DNA of 64,000 bases from Glycera tridactyla (taxonomy: Eukaryota), in assembly GCA_965644265.1 (NCBI GenBank), contig OZ286467.1:20212001-20276000 (forward strand), read 5' to 3'. The notes beneath the pieces were generated by a model, which was given only the letters and a program-made list of their open reading frames with translations, had not been told where the DNA came from and made no database searches. This document shows, piece by piece, positions 37,350 to 49,471 of the stretch (its first letter is position 1; each line of letters opens with the position of its first letter). The position numbers and the translations under genes are program-made.

Positions 37350-39514
37350 TTGAACTGCATGTGCTTTTTGGGTCAATTCATATTGTTTCTGCTCCTGTTT
37401 TGTATGTACTATACTGTGAATATATTGCCAGGGTTTTATCTTTTTGTGCTCAAAAGGGGAAGATTTGGTCTTCCACACCTCCTGAGGGTTTGTTTGAATG
37501 AAAATCTTGAATCTGAAATCTACAGATTAACCTCCTAGTGGAATAGGTGAATAAGTGTAACATTCTACCTCTCCAGCATCGAATTGTGATTGCCTCCATT
37601 CCAAAAATTCAATAGTACTCTCCGATGAAAGCACTGGGCTGATATAGCTCAGTAATAGCTGGATCTCACACTCAGGTGGTGCACCACATACATTTTGATG
37701 AACGTCATCGATTTTTATTGGTGCACTGGCAGGGATATTGGATTTTAATTAGATTTTATCCCCAGGCTGCCAGAGGCGGCCAACCTTGGTCGATTTATCT
37801 ATACCTATTGTAATTCACACTGATATGTACTCTTCTCTTCATCCAACACCGCAACCTAATCACTATTCACAAACCTCTCAGGATGGCACGAAAAATGCTT
37901 TTTGTTTTCATCATAGATAAATTCACAACTTCCAGCCTTTCATCTCATTCATTTACTTCTGCCCATGGCCGGCCATGGTGTCATCATGCAGGGTTTTTCT
38001 GACAAATGGACGTGTCTTTTAGGCATATTGATGCAATTGTCATGTACCATCCTACATTTTCCTATGCCGACACCATCAGAGTGAGTTAAGTAGCATGTGC
38101 CTTTTGGGCACATTCTATATGGATGTATGTGCCCATTTCATTTTTATGTGCCTTTTAGCACCCCTGATGTTCTGGTTTCTGACTGTAATGAGGTATCCTA
38201 TGTTTTAAGCCAGTGCTTTCGAGTGGTGTGCTTCCTTGGATAATTCTAACATGGATTCAGGAAGGTTGTGGGGTATGGGTTGCAGGGTATGTTTAGGCTC
38301 ACAATCCAAAGGGTTGAGAGATGCCTTCAGCTTAACTTCAATCAATCAATCAATCAATTTTCTTGCTGTTTGTCTTGTGGTAGATGGGCTGGATGATATG
38401 TACCAGTGGTAGGGTGGCAGTATGTACTTCCACAGACTAAGAACAAATGTATATGATAGGGAAAGGGCACAAGCCCCCCCCCCCCCCCCCCTCACTGAGA
38501 ATCCTGTAGCTATAGAATATATATCTACATAGAACTATTCAAAGAAGAGGCACAACATTGTGCTCATGGAAGGTTTCCCCTGCACCACCCCTGGGATGTT
38601 CACTATACCATTAGAAGATAATGAATGGCCGGATGCAAACAATGCGCATTGAATGCCGAACATTTGTCAGGATGTAATGGGCGTATAGGATTAGTAGTGG
38701 GATGAAAACGCGCGAGAAGCACTCGTCGATTGCCTCGTTCATACGTCGTCTGATATTATAAATGATGTGGTGTGGGCTCATCTGTATTCATAGAAGGCCT
38801 AGATGAACGCATATAACGCCAATACAGGCTAATAATTGACACAGTATCATGTCGGTAATTGCATTTCCGCCTCAAACATTCGCTATTGGAAAGTTGTTAA
38901 TCCCAAAGCTTCATTCATCGAACTCAAACAAAAAGCAATCCATGACTCTCATTCAGTAATGTCAAATTTTTTTATGAGTTGACTCCAAACGAAAATTTTC
39001 TATGAAGAACGTGATCTTGATTTTAACACATTACACCAGATGGAGAGTGATAATAATTATGCTCGGGACGAAAAACGAGCGGGCAGAGTGTTTTATTGGT
39101 TTGGGGGAATGTCCACCAGGGGGGTGATTACAGACTCGGGAGGCTAGGTTCATGTGGCGTCTTCCACATAACTCACGCTCCCACCTGATAGGCCTGGGAA
39201 TGGCAGACCAATTTTATGAAAATTTAGAGCGGACATTATTAATTAGAATGAGTGGCCTTGGAGGGTTAATTGTAAGTGGGATGAGGTGTTGATGGTCACT
39301 CAGGCTCCCATCTCATTTACATCCATTGATTAACTCTTCTTGCACTCTCATCCAAGCTAAATTGCACCAAATTTCATCCATGCAAGCTCCAAATTCAATA
39401 AATCGAAAAAAATCATTCATTTAACGCATCCAATACGTGCTATATATGATTTGAGCAGGATATTGGTACAGTCCATCATGTTGAAGTTTCGGTCATGGAT
39501 TGTGATGGTTTTTT

Positions 39515-39650
39515 GGTTGCTTGGTTATTTGATTGGTTGATTGGTTGGTTGATGAGTGCCAGACAATCGATAATTCCATTTTGAGGCAACTCATACCAGA
39601 CTTGTTTCAGGACTTGGTTAGCTGGTTGGTTGATTGGTTGCTTGCTTCAT
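39515..39650. repeat. Degenerate (GGTT/GATT)n tracts
   Basis: Directly visible. Confidence 0.7.
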
Positions 39651-40375
39651 GAAGGGTCAGTGTTTAACAGGCTCTATTAACCATCATGATATCGGGTTTA
39701 TGGCTTTTGCTATATATTTGATGTTGATTTCACTAAATTGGATTAGGTGTGCCATTGTATACATTTTCATATAAGAAATTATCAGTAGGCTGTTTTGGAA
39801 CATTCAACATAATGTAGCTGATGGTCCCCTTGAGTAATGACCAGTTCAACCCGAATATGAAGGGTGTATCATGTTTTGAGTTTTGTATCAAATTTGATCG
39901 CTTTCAAATATCTGCATTTATGGCTTCTCAGTGAACTGTTGGCTGTTCCATGCATTGTCTGAAAGTGATATGATCAGCTGTTCCATGCATTGGTAACCCC
40001 CCTCCATCAACAATAAAATTCTTCTAGTTTGGGATTCCCTCCCAGGCTCCCTCATAACATTGTGCCATGCATTTATCAACGCCTCGGCATCTGCGGTAAG
40101 GTGTTGCCCATATAAGATGGCCATATCCCGCAGGCCTTGATCAAGCTCCCTCATTGGCTGCGATAGGCAGAGGCGTACAGCACCTTCTTATTGGTTGATG
40201 CCTGATTAGACCTCTATATTACAATGAGATTTGTGGCCTGTATTCCTGCCGCTACGAGCTACAATCACAGATGCCAGTCACTTCTTTGACTGGGGGCCTT
40301 CACTGGTTTGATCTGCTCAGTCAGCGCTAGCCACATGGTGCTCAGCTCCCGACCCAAATATCAGTGATTGGCATA

Positions 40376-40458
40376 CAGGCAAACCTCTCTGGAAAAGGCC
40401 ATAGTGAAATTACTCTTAAAAGAGGTCTCATTAAAGGGTCTTATTCCTGGTTGCACTG
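40376..40458. mobile_element. Mini-MITE (83 bp)
   Basis: TA|CAGGCAAACCT...GGTTGCACTG|TA. Confidence 0.6.
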
Positions 40459-41759
40459 TATGCCTTCTGTTGATAGCAGCACCTGACCTCATGGAATCAT
40501 CAAGACAATTTCTTTGAGGCACAGCTTTGTCACTGTCACCATGACAGAATTACTACAAACTGTCCCTATCTATCACATCCACCACTCCAGTTTGTGATGA
40601 CTAAGCTTATTCTAGTTATATTAGACATGTTTGATTGTATTTTCAATGCATCTGGGCTGGAGTAGAATAAGCCCACATCGCTTTTCAATCAATACAAAGC
40701 ATGTTGAGTTACCATCAGGCCTGTTATGTACCGATCATGTGACCTATCACTTCAATGATCAAGAGGCCATTTCACCTATGTTCTGGAATACATAGAGTTG
40801 AAGTAGGTTCCCTTGGTTGCTATGGTTTAGTATGATTTAACAAATGCGACCATGGTATTACCATCCACTTTTATTTCCCAGTGAAGTGAGCCCTAGTTTG
40901 ATAAGTGTTACATCTGTCATTCCAGCACCTGCCACTCCTGCAAATGGTTAGATTTTCTCCAATAACAGGTCCCATATGTTCTTGCATAATGCTCCAGTAC
41001 AACATGAAATCAGTGGTATTGTATTGTGTATTCAGATCAAATCACCACATTGATCTTACATCATATCAATCCATATCCCGACCAGCATGGGCATTCTATC
41101 ATCTGTCTATTCATTGATCAATATCTCATTCAAATATTGTACTCCGATTTTGTTCAATTTTGTTATCTCACTATTTGTTGCTTGCTGTAGTTTGTGATTA
41201 AGCAAATGATGCAGATTTTGAAATTGTTTTCATGTATGTGTTTCACACTGATCTGGATCTTTTAATGCCACCTGATCAGATGTAAAGCTGCAACATTCAG
41301 GGGTGATTCTGGGGGGTCAGGGTGAAACTCAACAGAATTTACTGACCTCTGTCATGACCTTACCAGCATGTGGAAGTATAATGATTGAGTGACTGAAAGT
41401 TAGGTCACAGATTTGACCCTAATATCCAGGAGAATCTCCACTCCTTATTTAGACAGAAAGTTATCAAAAGCTGATGGTCGATAGCATCATGTCTCATGGT
41501 GGAGTTATGCTCACAAGTATTGAGAGAAAAGACAAGCTCCAACCTTTGTATTGTTGGTGGACTTGGGCTTGGGCTTGCTCACACCTTTGGACTATACAAT
41601 GAGTAAATCGTAGTGTAAGACAGGGTGGGGCCACTCAGATGGGAAGGGGGTGGTGCCCTATCATTTGCTCTTCGATCCACGCTAACTGCATCCATTAGAA
41701 TGGGCCAGCCTCCGACACATCCACTTATATAACACCGGATGCATCCACCTAATATCCCA

Positions 41760-41799
41760 ATTTGCATAATTAATTAGTCAGATTTGCATAATTAATTAG
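41760..41799. promoter_or_regulatory. Duplicated ATTTGCATAATTAATTAG (POU/homeodomain site)
   Basis: A perfect 18-mer occurs twice at 22-bp period. It contains the octamer ATTTGCAT and TGCATAATTAAT. Confidence 0.5.
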
Positions 41800-43114
41800 G
41801 CTTATTAGCTCTGAGTATAATTATGTTCCATGGCATCATTCACCCTAACTTCCGGTGCTTGTCTGCTTTGTCCAAGCACCAGGTGATCAGCCTTTTCTCC
41901 ACATGCAGGCATGCAACTTGATGGCAATTATGAGGGGGGAGGGGGGGGGGGGGTAACAGGAATGTGGATGGAGATTCAAGATATTGAAAAGAATTGAGAT
42001 ATGGGACAAATATGAAAATACAACTGTGATTTGGACATGTGCTATCCGTGGGTAGCTTATTAATCATGTTTCTTCATGTCCTGTGAACGTATTTTGAGGT
42101 GAAGGGAATGTCCTGTTACTCATTCTCTTTTCTGCATACTCACTTAGATACCTACTTACTTACTTACTTTCTTACCTACTTACTCAGATGAAATGCATAC
42201 TCACCAACACTCATCATTGTGCCTCAATGTACCACTTCACTGTTAATTTCACTTAAACATATGAAATGATAAATTGTTCTATTGGTTTTGAAATAATTGG
42301 TTAATCATCTTCACACCATACAGTTTCTGTCCCACCCAATCTCCCATTTTTCTTTGCATTATTGATCCTGTCAATGTCATCATTATGATTTTGTAGTGAA
42401 GATGACTTGTTTTGGCCATAATAATGGCAATTTTACTATAGGATCATCATGAAAAATTCCTATATTTCACATTTGTTTATAACAATAATGATTATTCTTA
42501 GAAATCATCATCATTATATTCATTTTGATCATTGACGATGAGTAGATAGAGGTACAAGGGGGAAATAAAAGAAGGAAAGGGTGTAGGGAAGAAGCAGTAG
42601 TTGCCATGACTGCCAGACTCAGAGGTGATGAGTGAGCAGCAGTCGAGATTTTCCGTGTTTGTGCCATATTCCATGTTCATCCTGTGTTCTTTCTACTCCC
42701 ATCACTTTATATACTTGAGAATCAACACAATTGGCTGTTAAAAATCTGAGGTCTCCATGGGGACTCAACATTTGAGCTGCTCGTATAATTGCTAATTTGG
42801 GAAAATTTGAGATGGTGGTGGATTTTGGATAATCTGGGATGAATTTGGACAGTTCCGGCTGGTGAGTGAGAGATGACCGGTGATAGAAGCGGTCAGTTAG
42901 TCCGCTGTGATGAATTATTGAGTGACAATTAAATAAGATTGGTCAATATTGTAAATTACTATGAAATGTAATTAGAGATAGACAATGGTAATTAGACCGG
43001 GGCCTCATTGTATATGCATCTCATGTTGCCACCAGGGTCGCCTGAAGTTTGTGTGCCTTGCAAGGTGTTGAAGCATTGAGATGGGGTATCTAAACGTCAT
43101 TAAACTGTAGATGG

Positions 43115-43115
<1 letters not shown>

Positions 43116-43182
<67 letters not shown>
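43116..43182. repeat. (TG)n microsatellite
   Basis: Directly visible. Confidence 0.97.
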
Positions 43183-43183
<1 letters not shown>

Positions 43184-43602
43184 AAATCCCATACAAGCCA
43201 AAAAATAATTTGGGCATTTGGAACACATTTCATGGACCTGTTGCCAGTGCAATCTGGAAATATGTCTCTGACATGATTTCTATCACTAAAAAAATGTGTG
43301 TGAATGTGAGTGCCAGGTTTCGTGATACATTGACCTCTGGGGTTAACACACTGCCAGCGCTCTGGCTTAACTGCGTCCATTGCAAATCCATTTAGTGGAT
43401 CTGCCGTGGTGTAGAGGACAAGAGCCTTGGCAGTTTGTTGCTGGCGAGGGTGCCAAACTGGAAGGTTGATGGTCCAAATCCCATACAAGCCACACAAAAA
43501 ATTGGGCATTTGGAACAGATTTCATGGACCTGTTGCCAGTACAATCTGGAAATATGTCTCTGACATGATTTCTATCACTAAAAAATGTGTGTGTGTTTGT
43601 GT
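43183..43602 (+). mobile_element. tRNA-derived SINE, head-to-tail partial dimer (period ~292 bp)
   Basis: Head at 43403 has an A-box-like TGGTGTAGAGG and a B-box-like GGTCCAAATCC (43471). The body at 43183-43300 is repeated at 43475-43585, each copy followed by TG. Confidence 0.7.
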
Positions 43603-43615
43603 AAGGATATGCATA

Positions 43616-43791
43616 TAGTCAAACCGGCTTGAAGGACCACCTCTAAACAAAGGTCACCACTACAATGGCCACCCTGAGAGGCAACAGTTATAGTATTTTC
43701 TGCAGTGAATTACCTGTCTATAAAGGCCACCTACCCACAAAGGCCACTTTATGATGTGACTGAAGGTTGCTTTTGTAGACAGTTTCAACTG
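43616..43791. mobile_element. MITE family B
   Basis: TA|TAGTCAAACC...CAGTTTCAACTG|TA. It is similar to 5120 and 37172. Confidence 0.85.
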
Positions 43792-44260
43792 TATGTTGAT
43801 AGTCATGGAAAATTTGGTGTGAAAAAATACCCTGAAATGGAAAAAGAAAATGATTCTGATAATATGGAGACTCAAGCATGATTGTCAAGTGTTGGGATAA
43901 GATGTGTCTGAGGGATGGCTCATGCGTTCGAGTGATGGCTCATGCGGTCCGGTCAGTTGGCTGCCTGATAGCTGAGGTCCCGGGGACAATCATTGTCAAT
44001 CGTGACCTATCAAGGCTTTTAGTAGCCTTCATCCCCCTCTCATCTAATGATATTAACGGACATCCAACTGAATATTTCACAAAAGCCGCCTCATCTAGAG
44101 TGGATTTCCTACCAGAACCACTTAAATTAGGCTTATTTGGCCGAATATCGAGGCACGGGCGCACTTTCATCGCTGCAATATGACGGACATCTCTGCTTTG
44201 TTTCTGTCATGTCCGGCCAAGTGGACGGACATTGAGGACATCAGATTGACCATTACCCCC

Positions 44261-44261
<1 letters not shown>

Positions 44262-44332
<71 letters not shown>
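44262..44332. repeat. (TG)n microsatellite
   Basis: Directly visible. Confidence 0.97.
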
Positions 44333-44334
<2 letters not shown>

Positions 44335-45424
44335 CAGACCATGTATGAAGGCATGAATATGTTCAAGTATGTGTGTGCTTTTCTCGATAAGCATGATTGT
44401 GAATTCATGTTTCTCACAAACTGGAATTTTCCTCTCTCATTTCATTTCCAACTCAACACTCACAAGTTCCCATTCAGTTCGGCAGCAACAGCAACAGCAA
44501 TGGCATCAGTATAGTATTGGTGACAGCACCAACAACATTGTGTATTCAATCAGATTTACTCAATGCTATATAGGCAAAGAATTCTGTGTTCTCCATTTCA
44601 CTTTCTATACTCTCTCACCATTGCCGCCTTCAACATGAATTATCACCACTGAGACGCATCATTTGAGATTGCTGTAAAATATCTGCTTGACTGAGTTCTC
44701 TCTTTACCCCATCTCTGAATTGGAAATTGACATTCCCACTTTCATTTGAACACCATGCCTCAGTGATTCACCACAAACCATCATTGCAAATGGATTTTCC
44801 TGATCAGAACTATGTCCAATTGTCTGCTCATGTTGCATAGACAATAGATCATGGTAAATTGAATTACATTAAACTGTGGGAGCGGCCATCTTGGTCAATC
44901 ATGACAGCTTCGTCTGGGTCAGGTCCACAGCAAGTGGGAGATAATGACTCACTGTAATTGGTCAGTTTTATTGTCTGTTAATTGTTCTCTAATTGGTCAG
45001 TGGCCGGGCAGCTTGACTGTCCACTGCTTCTCTGCTCTGTCCCAATGTCCTGCCTTCTCTTTGTGAGCTTTTTTTAAAGCAAAATCACTGTAGGCAGTAG
45101 AAATCCCTGACAGAAATATCCAACATAAGCATTTCAGCAATCTTTCATTTGATTTTCTTCAATTCAATACTGGGATATTTGAAGTTTGACCATTGGTCTT
45201 CTGGTTCTTTTGTTTTCACATCTCATGCTTTGTCTGAAACCATGAGCTGGAGAAAGAATCCAGATGAATCTCTGGAACCCTCTTGAATTTTATAACTGGC
45301 TATCATGAGTTTTGCCCATCATCAAGAAGTGAATTATATGTTCACAGATGGATGATGAGTGGACAGGGCCTAGGTCAGCTGACCAAGTCAAGGGTGGTGA
45401 CCTTTTGCCCCCACTCTTTCCCCA

Positions 45425-45573
45425 NNNNNNNNNNNNNNNNNNNNNNNNNNNNNNNNNNNNNNNNNNNNNNNNNNNNNNNNNNNNNNNNNNNNNNNNNNNN
45501 NNNNNNNNNNNNNNNNNNNNNNNNNNNNNNNNNNNNNNNNNNNNNNNNNNNNNNNNNNNNNNNNNNNNNNNNN
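45425..45573. other. Assembly gap
   Basis: N run. Confidence 1.
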
Positions 45574-45574
45574 T

Positions 45575-45675
45575 CATCTGTCTGTCTGACTGTTGGTCTA
45601 TGTCTTTGCTCTGTTTCTCTCTCTCTCTCTCTCCCTCTCTCTCCCTCTCTCTCTCTCCTTGTTCTCCTTTTCTCT
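45575..45675. repeat. (TCTG)/(CT)n repeat next to a gap
   Basis: Directly visible. Confidence 0.9.
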
Positions 45676-47149
45676 CAAAATGTGATGAAACCACAACACA
45701 GACTAGTGATGTTGTATAGTCTGTGTATTAGCTAGGTATGAGGTACAGGGAGTGGCAAAAGCTGACTGGTTGAGAAGACGGCCAGGAAACAGACATCAAC
45801 AGGGCTTGTGAGATAAGCAGGCTTACATATATAAACATCGACCAAGATTGAAGAAGGCTACTCTCAAGATACCAACGCCATATAAACAGGCATAGTTCTG
45901 ATGCAATGAATCCCGATTATACATGCAGATCTCACCACCAGATGGCCAGACCACTGGTCATGAAGTGCTAGCATTCTCCAATCAAACTGGAAGCTGGTTG
46001 ATGACCCCATCTTTCAAGGCAAATCTAAGTTGTCAGAAGATGTGATGAAGAGAAATCACTGAATTCCCAATGTCTGGCATAAAAAGACAATTGTCAGAAA
46101 ATGTTTTAAAACTTCTGCAGGGATGGATAAGCATTTACTCTTTTTCATACATTTTGATCTAAAGCTAGATGTCACTTTCAGTCAAATTATTGCCGCAGAG
46201 ATTATGTCTACGGTGTCAGCAGCTAATACATTGCCATCTACTGGCGGTCATTTTGTTCATGTCAGATGGGTGATAAATCTTTTGAGGAAGGTGGCATTCG
46301 TGGCTATGTAAATCTAATGACATGAATGACGTTTTTCTCCCCTTTATCTGCATCGGGTCCATATAAAGCATTGTCCATGAGGCATGTCATCACCTATCAT
46401 AACATTTATCATTGTACATCCTGATATATGACCCGTCAAATGCGGGAGGCTTCTGGCTGGGTTCGGGACTTGTATTGGGACAAATGGCGGCCGTGTTGTC
46501 ATCCAGCACCTGATCCTTTCAATTGTCACATCGCTGCTGTCTCCCATGCCTGTTTATGTCTCCGCTCTCTTCTCGCAATTGTCACGTTGACCCTCGATGT
46601 AGACAGCCTCCTTCTGGTAGTACGACATCTCTGATCTTCTGTACAGTCACCATACTGCTGCTGCTGAATCCATGTATCACATGTATTAATACAAAGATTT
46701 GCAATATGTCAAAAATCACCCTCACCTAATATCTTGTGCTTACAATCATAGAGGGGCATTAACTCAAGTCTGATTGGTTTATTCTTGTTGTGATCTTAGA
46801 CATTATACAAAATGAGTTTGAACTTGAAAATACTGGCCAGAACTTTAAAATAGTGCATGTCAGGAATAAAGAATTCATTGTCAAATATTTTCATTTATCA
46901 ACCCTCATCAATAGTTTGGAAATTCACATGTTCAATGGGAGTATAGGGAAAGATTGGTGACTGATTAGTGGGAATGGATCACTCAAGGTTATCTCAATAT
47001 CAAATGTTGAATGGTCATGGATAATTCCAGCTTCTGCTGTACCTAATTTGGGTGCATACCTGTATCAGGGTATGGTGAATTTGTCATCAGTTAGTGGTGG
47101 CATCATGTGTTGGAATGCAAGGGATCAGCTACAGGCACTTTGCACCAGT

Positions 47150-47650
47150 CAGTTCCCGTTGTCGTTGTCGGATCGTTCTTGGGGCGGATTAACCCGCGAA
47201 CGGGGAACTCACTGATTTATATCGGCAATTAAGTCATGAAATATTCAGGTGTGTCGCAGCTGCACGAACAAAACTAAGGTGTTAGGTAATTTGGGGGCCG
47301 TGTTAGTCGGACGAATTAGTCGCCGAGATGCCTTCATCGCAGAGCTGTATTGATGGCGCAATCGTGTGACTCGGCGCGGTCTCACGAGGCCGTGGCCTCC
47401 CCCAACTCACACCATCTCGTTGTTTGTGCCGAATTTGAATTCTATCGCTGGCCGAGAAGCTGGAATGTGCTGCATTTTAATTGGCTGAATGCGGCAGAAT
47501 GCAGATTGATAAAGCTTTATCGCAGGACGGCCGTGTTGACGGCACTTGCAGCTCGTCTAAGCAGGAGAATAATACATGATGGGTGGGACTCGGTGTCAGT
47601 GATCGCAACGAGTTCAAGAAAGATGCATCACAGACAATAATCCCACGGAA
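47150..47650. promoter_or_regulatory. CpG-rich putative enhancer island
   Basis: Marked CpG enrichment, TAAT/ATTA, GATAA and CACGAG motifs, and no splice-bounded ORF. Confidence 0.35.
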
Positions 47651-48200
47651 CATGCTAAAACAGGACCTACACGCACTATTTAGAATCTTCTTTTATATCC
47701 ACTAGATGGCTCTCGAATAGTTTTAGCTGCATTCTTTAGCATCGGAATCAGCTAATTAGAATAGAACTTTTTCAAAGTCATCATAAAACCTAGTTAACCC
47801 ACTTAGTGTAGCAATAATATTTTGTCTCAGAAACGATGACCTCATTGCCAATGGGAGTGGAGAGCAAATATGACTAGCTGATTTTAATTTGCTATCCCTC
47901 TCAACGTTAAGTCTCAACTCTACTCATGTATATATCTGTATATCAGTAGCCAACTGAAATCTGATCAAAAAAATTTTTGGTGGCGGTCATGATATCTGGC
48001 ATCTGCATGAAAATGGCCATCAGAAAGTATCTCATTCCAAAGCAGATGTTTGAATTTTTCATATTAATCTCACATTTGGAACTTTTACAGAGGCTCGAGA
48101 TATCAGAGGAGTTGGATTTACTCCCAGCTTTTGGTCAGTTGATTGGTAATGTTTTATCTTTTCTTTATTTGAAGATATCATATTATCAACTCCTCGTATA

Positions 48201-48378
48201 CAGTGAAACCTGTCTTGCGAGACCCCTCTTTTGGGAGACTACCCTCTAATGGGAGACCACTCTTTATCGGCTCTTCTCTATTTGACATAGTCAGATATAC
48301 CTCCAATGAGAGACCACCTGTCTTGAGAAACCACTTTTTGTTGGCATTTGGGGCGGTCTCACAAGACAGGTTTTACTG
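48201..48378. mobile_element. MITE family A, inverted relative to 36585
   Basis: TA|CAGTGAAACCTG...CAGGTTTTACTG|TA, 178 bp, about 14 differences from 36585-36762 by hand. Confidence 0.95.
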
Positions 48379-48670
48379 TACAATGTATGAGAGTTGGATA
48401 GATATTAGTGACTAGTTCAACTATTACTACTAATTCATAGGGCCACATTTTAATGATTAGCAGCACCTTGTTACACGCAACAGTAGTAATGATCATTTCG
48501 AAATAATCCATTGTGAATATTCAAGTCATACACGTGTATGACTTACGTATCTATTCAAGTCTGCTGAATTTCACTATCGACGATTCTTTTTCTTCTTCAA
48601 TTTTGGAATGAAGGTAATTTTTGTACTGCCCAACTGATCGATAAGGGTATGGGATTTCAAGGATGTACAA

Positions 48671-48822
48671 CAGTGGCGGATCCAGGACTTTCCAAAAGGG
48701 GGGGGGGGGCACCAAACATGTGGAGTGGAGGGGAGGGGTGGATAAAAAATTAATAAAGGTTATGGTCAGACTGAGGGGGGGGGGCACTTTGCCCCATGTG
48801 CCACCCCCTGTATCCGCCACTG
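48671..48822. mobile_element. Non-autonomous CAGTGGCGGAT element with 5-bp TSD (hAT-like)
   Basis: TIR cagtggcggatccagg / cctgtatccgccactg (15/16), with TACAA on both sides. Confidence 0.9.
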
Positions 48823-49028
48823 TACAATTTAATCATTTCATGCCATGAAATAGACAAAGATTATTATCAATTGTTTACTCAGGAATGAATCAGACCTTGA
48901 GAAAGTGAGGATTTTTAATGAGTGATTTTTGGGTGTTGGGAGAGATACAATAGAGCTACTTGACCGTTCTGACCCTTCCACCCCGCTGACCTCACCCCTA
49001 CAGGTAATGGTCAGTCTGATTGGGGTGG

Positions 49029-49063
49029 CACGAGTTGGCCACGAGGCCAGCACGAGTCACGAG
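49029..49063. promoter_or_regulatory. Cluster of four CACGAG (N-box-type) sites
   Basis: CACGAG at 49029, 49040, 49051 and 49058. Confidence 0.45.
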
Positions 49064-49319
49064 GCACTAGCCACCAGTGTGATTAACAACACTGTGGAAT
49101 GTTACCCCCCACAAACACCATCCGATCCCTCCGACATGGATCCCAGCTGCCCACTCGGTGGTTGCTAACGGTAACCCTAGCTATCACTCCTCTCCATCAT
49201 GATGTACGTGATCTAACTGGACCAGCATCCCTCTGGATAATCTCAACAGATCATCGACCATCAGATCAGACCCCCCCCCCCCCCCCCCAGCTAGGCAGTG
49301 CCTTCTACCTTAGGATGTA

Positions 49320-49471
49320 CAGAGAAACCTGTGATGAGATACCATCTCCAATGAGAGACCACTTTTTCAGGGTACCTTCTTCATTTGACGTAGTCAAATA
49401 TACCTCTGACAAGAGACCACTTCTTTGGGGAGTCTTCTTTTTGGCAACATTTGGGACCACAGTATTCACTG
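49320..49471. mobile_element. MITE family A (reverse)
   Basis: TA|CAGAGAAACCTG...ATTCACTG|TA, with the ATTTGACgtaGTCAAAT hairpin. Confidence 0.85.

Noticed and set aside
43403-43485. Intact tRNA gene
   Set aside because: It has A/B-box-like motifs but no complete cloverleaf, and it continues into a repeated body, so it is a SINE head.
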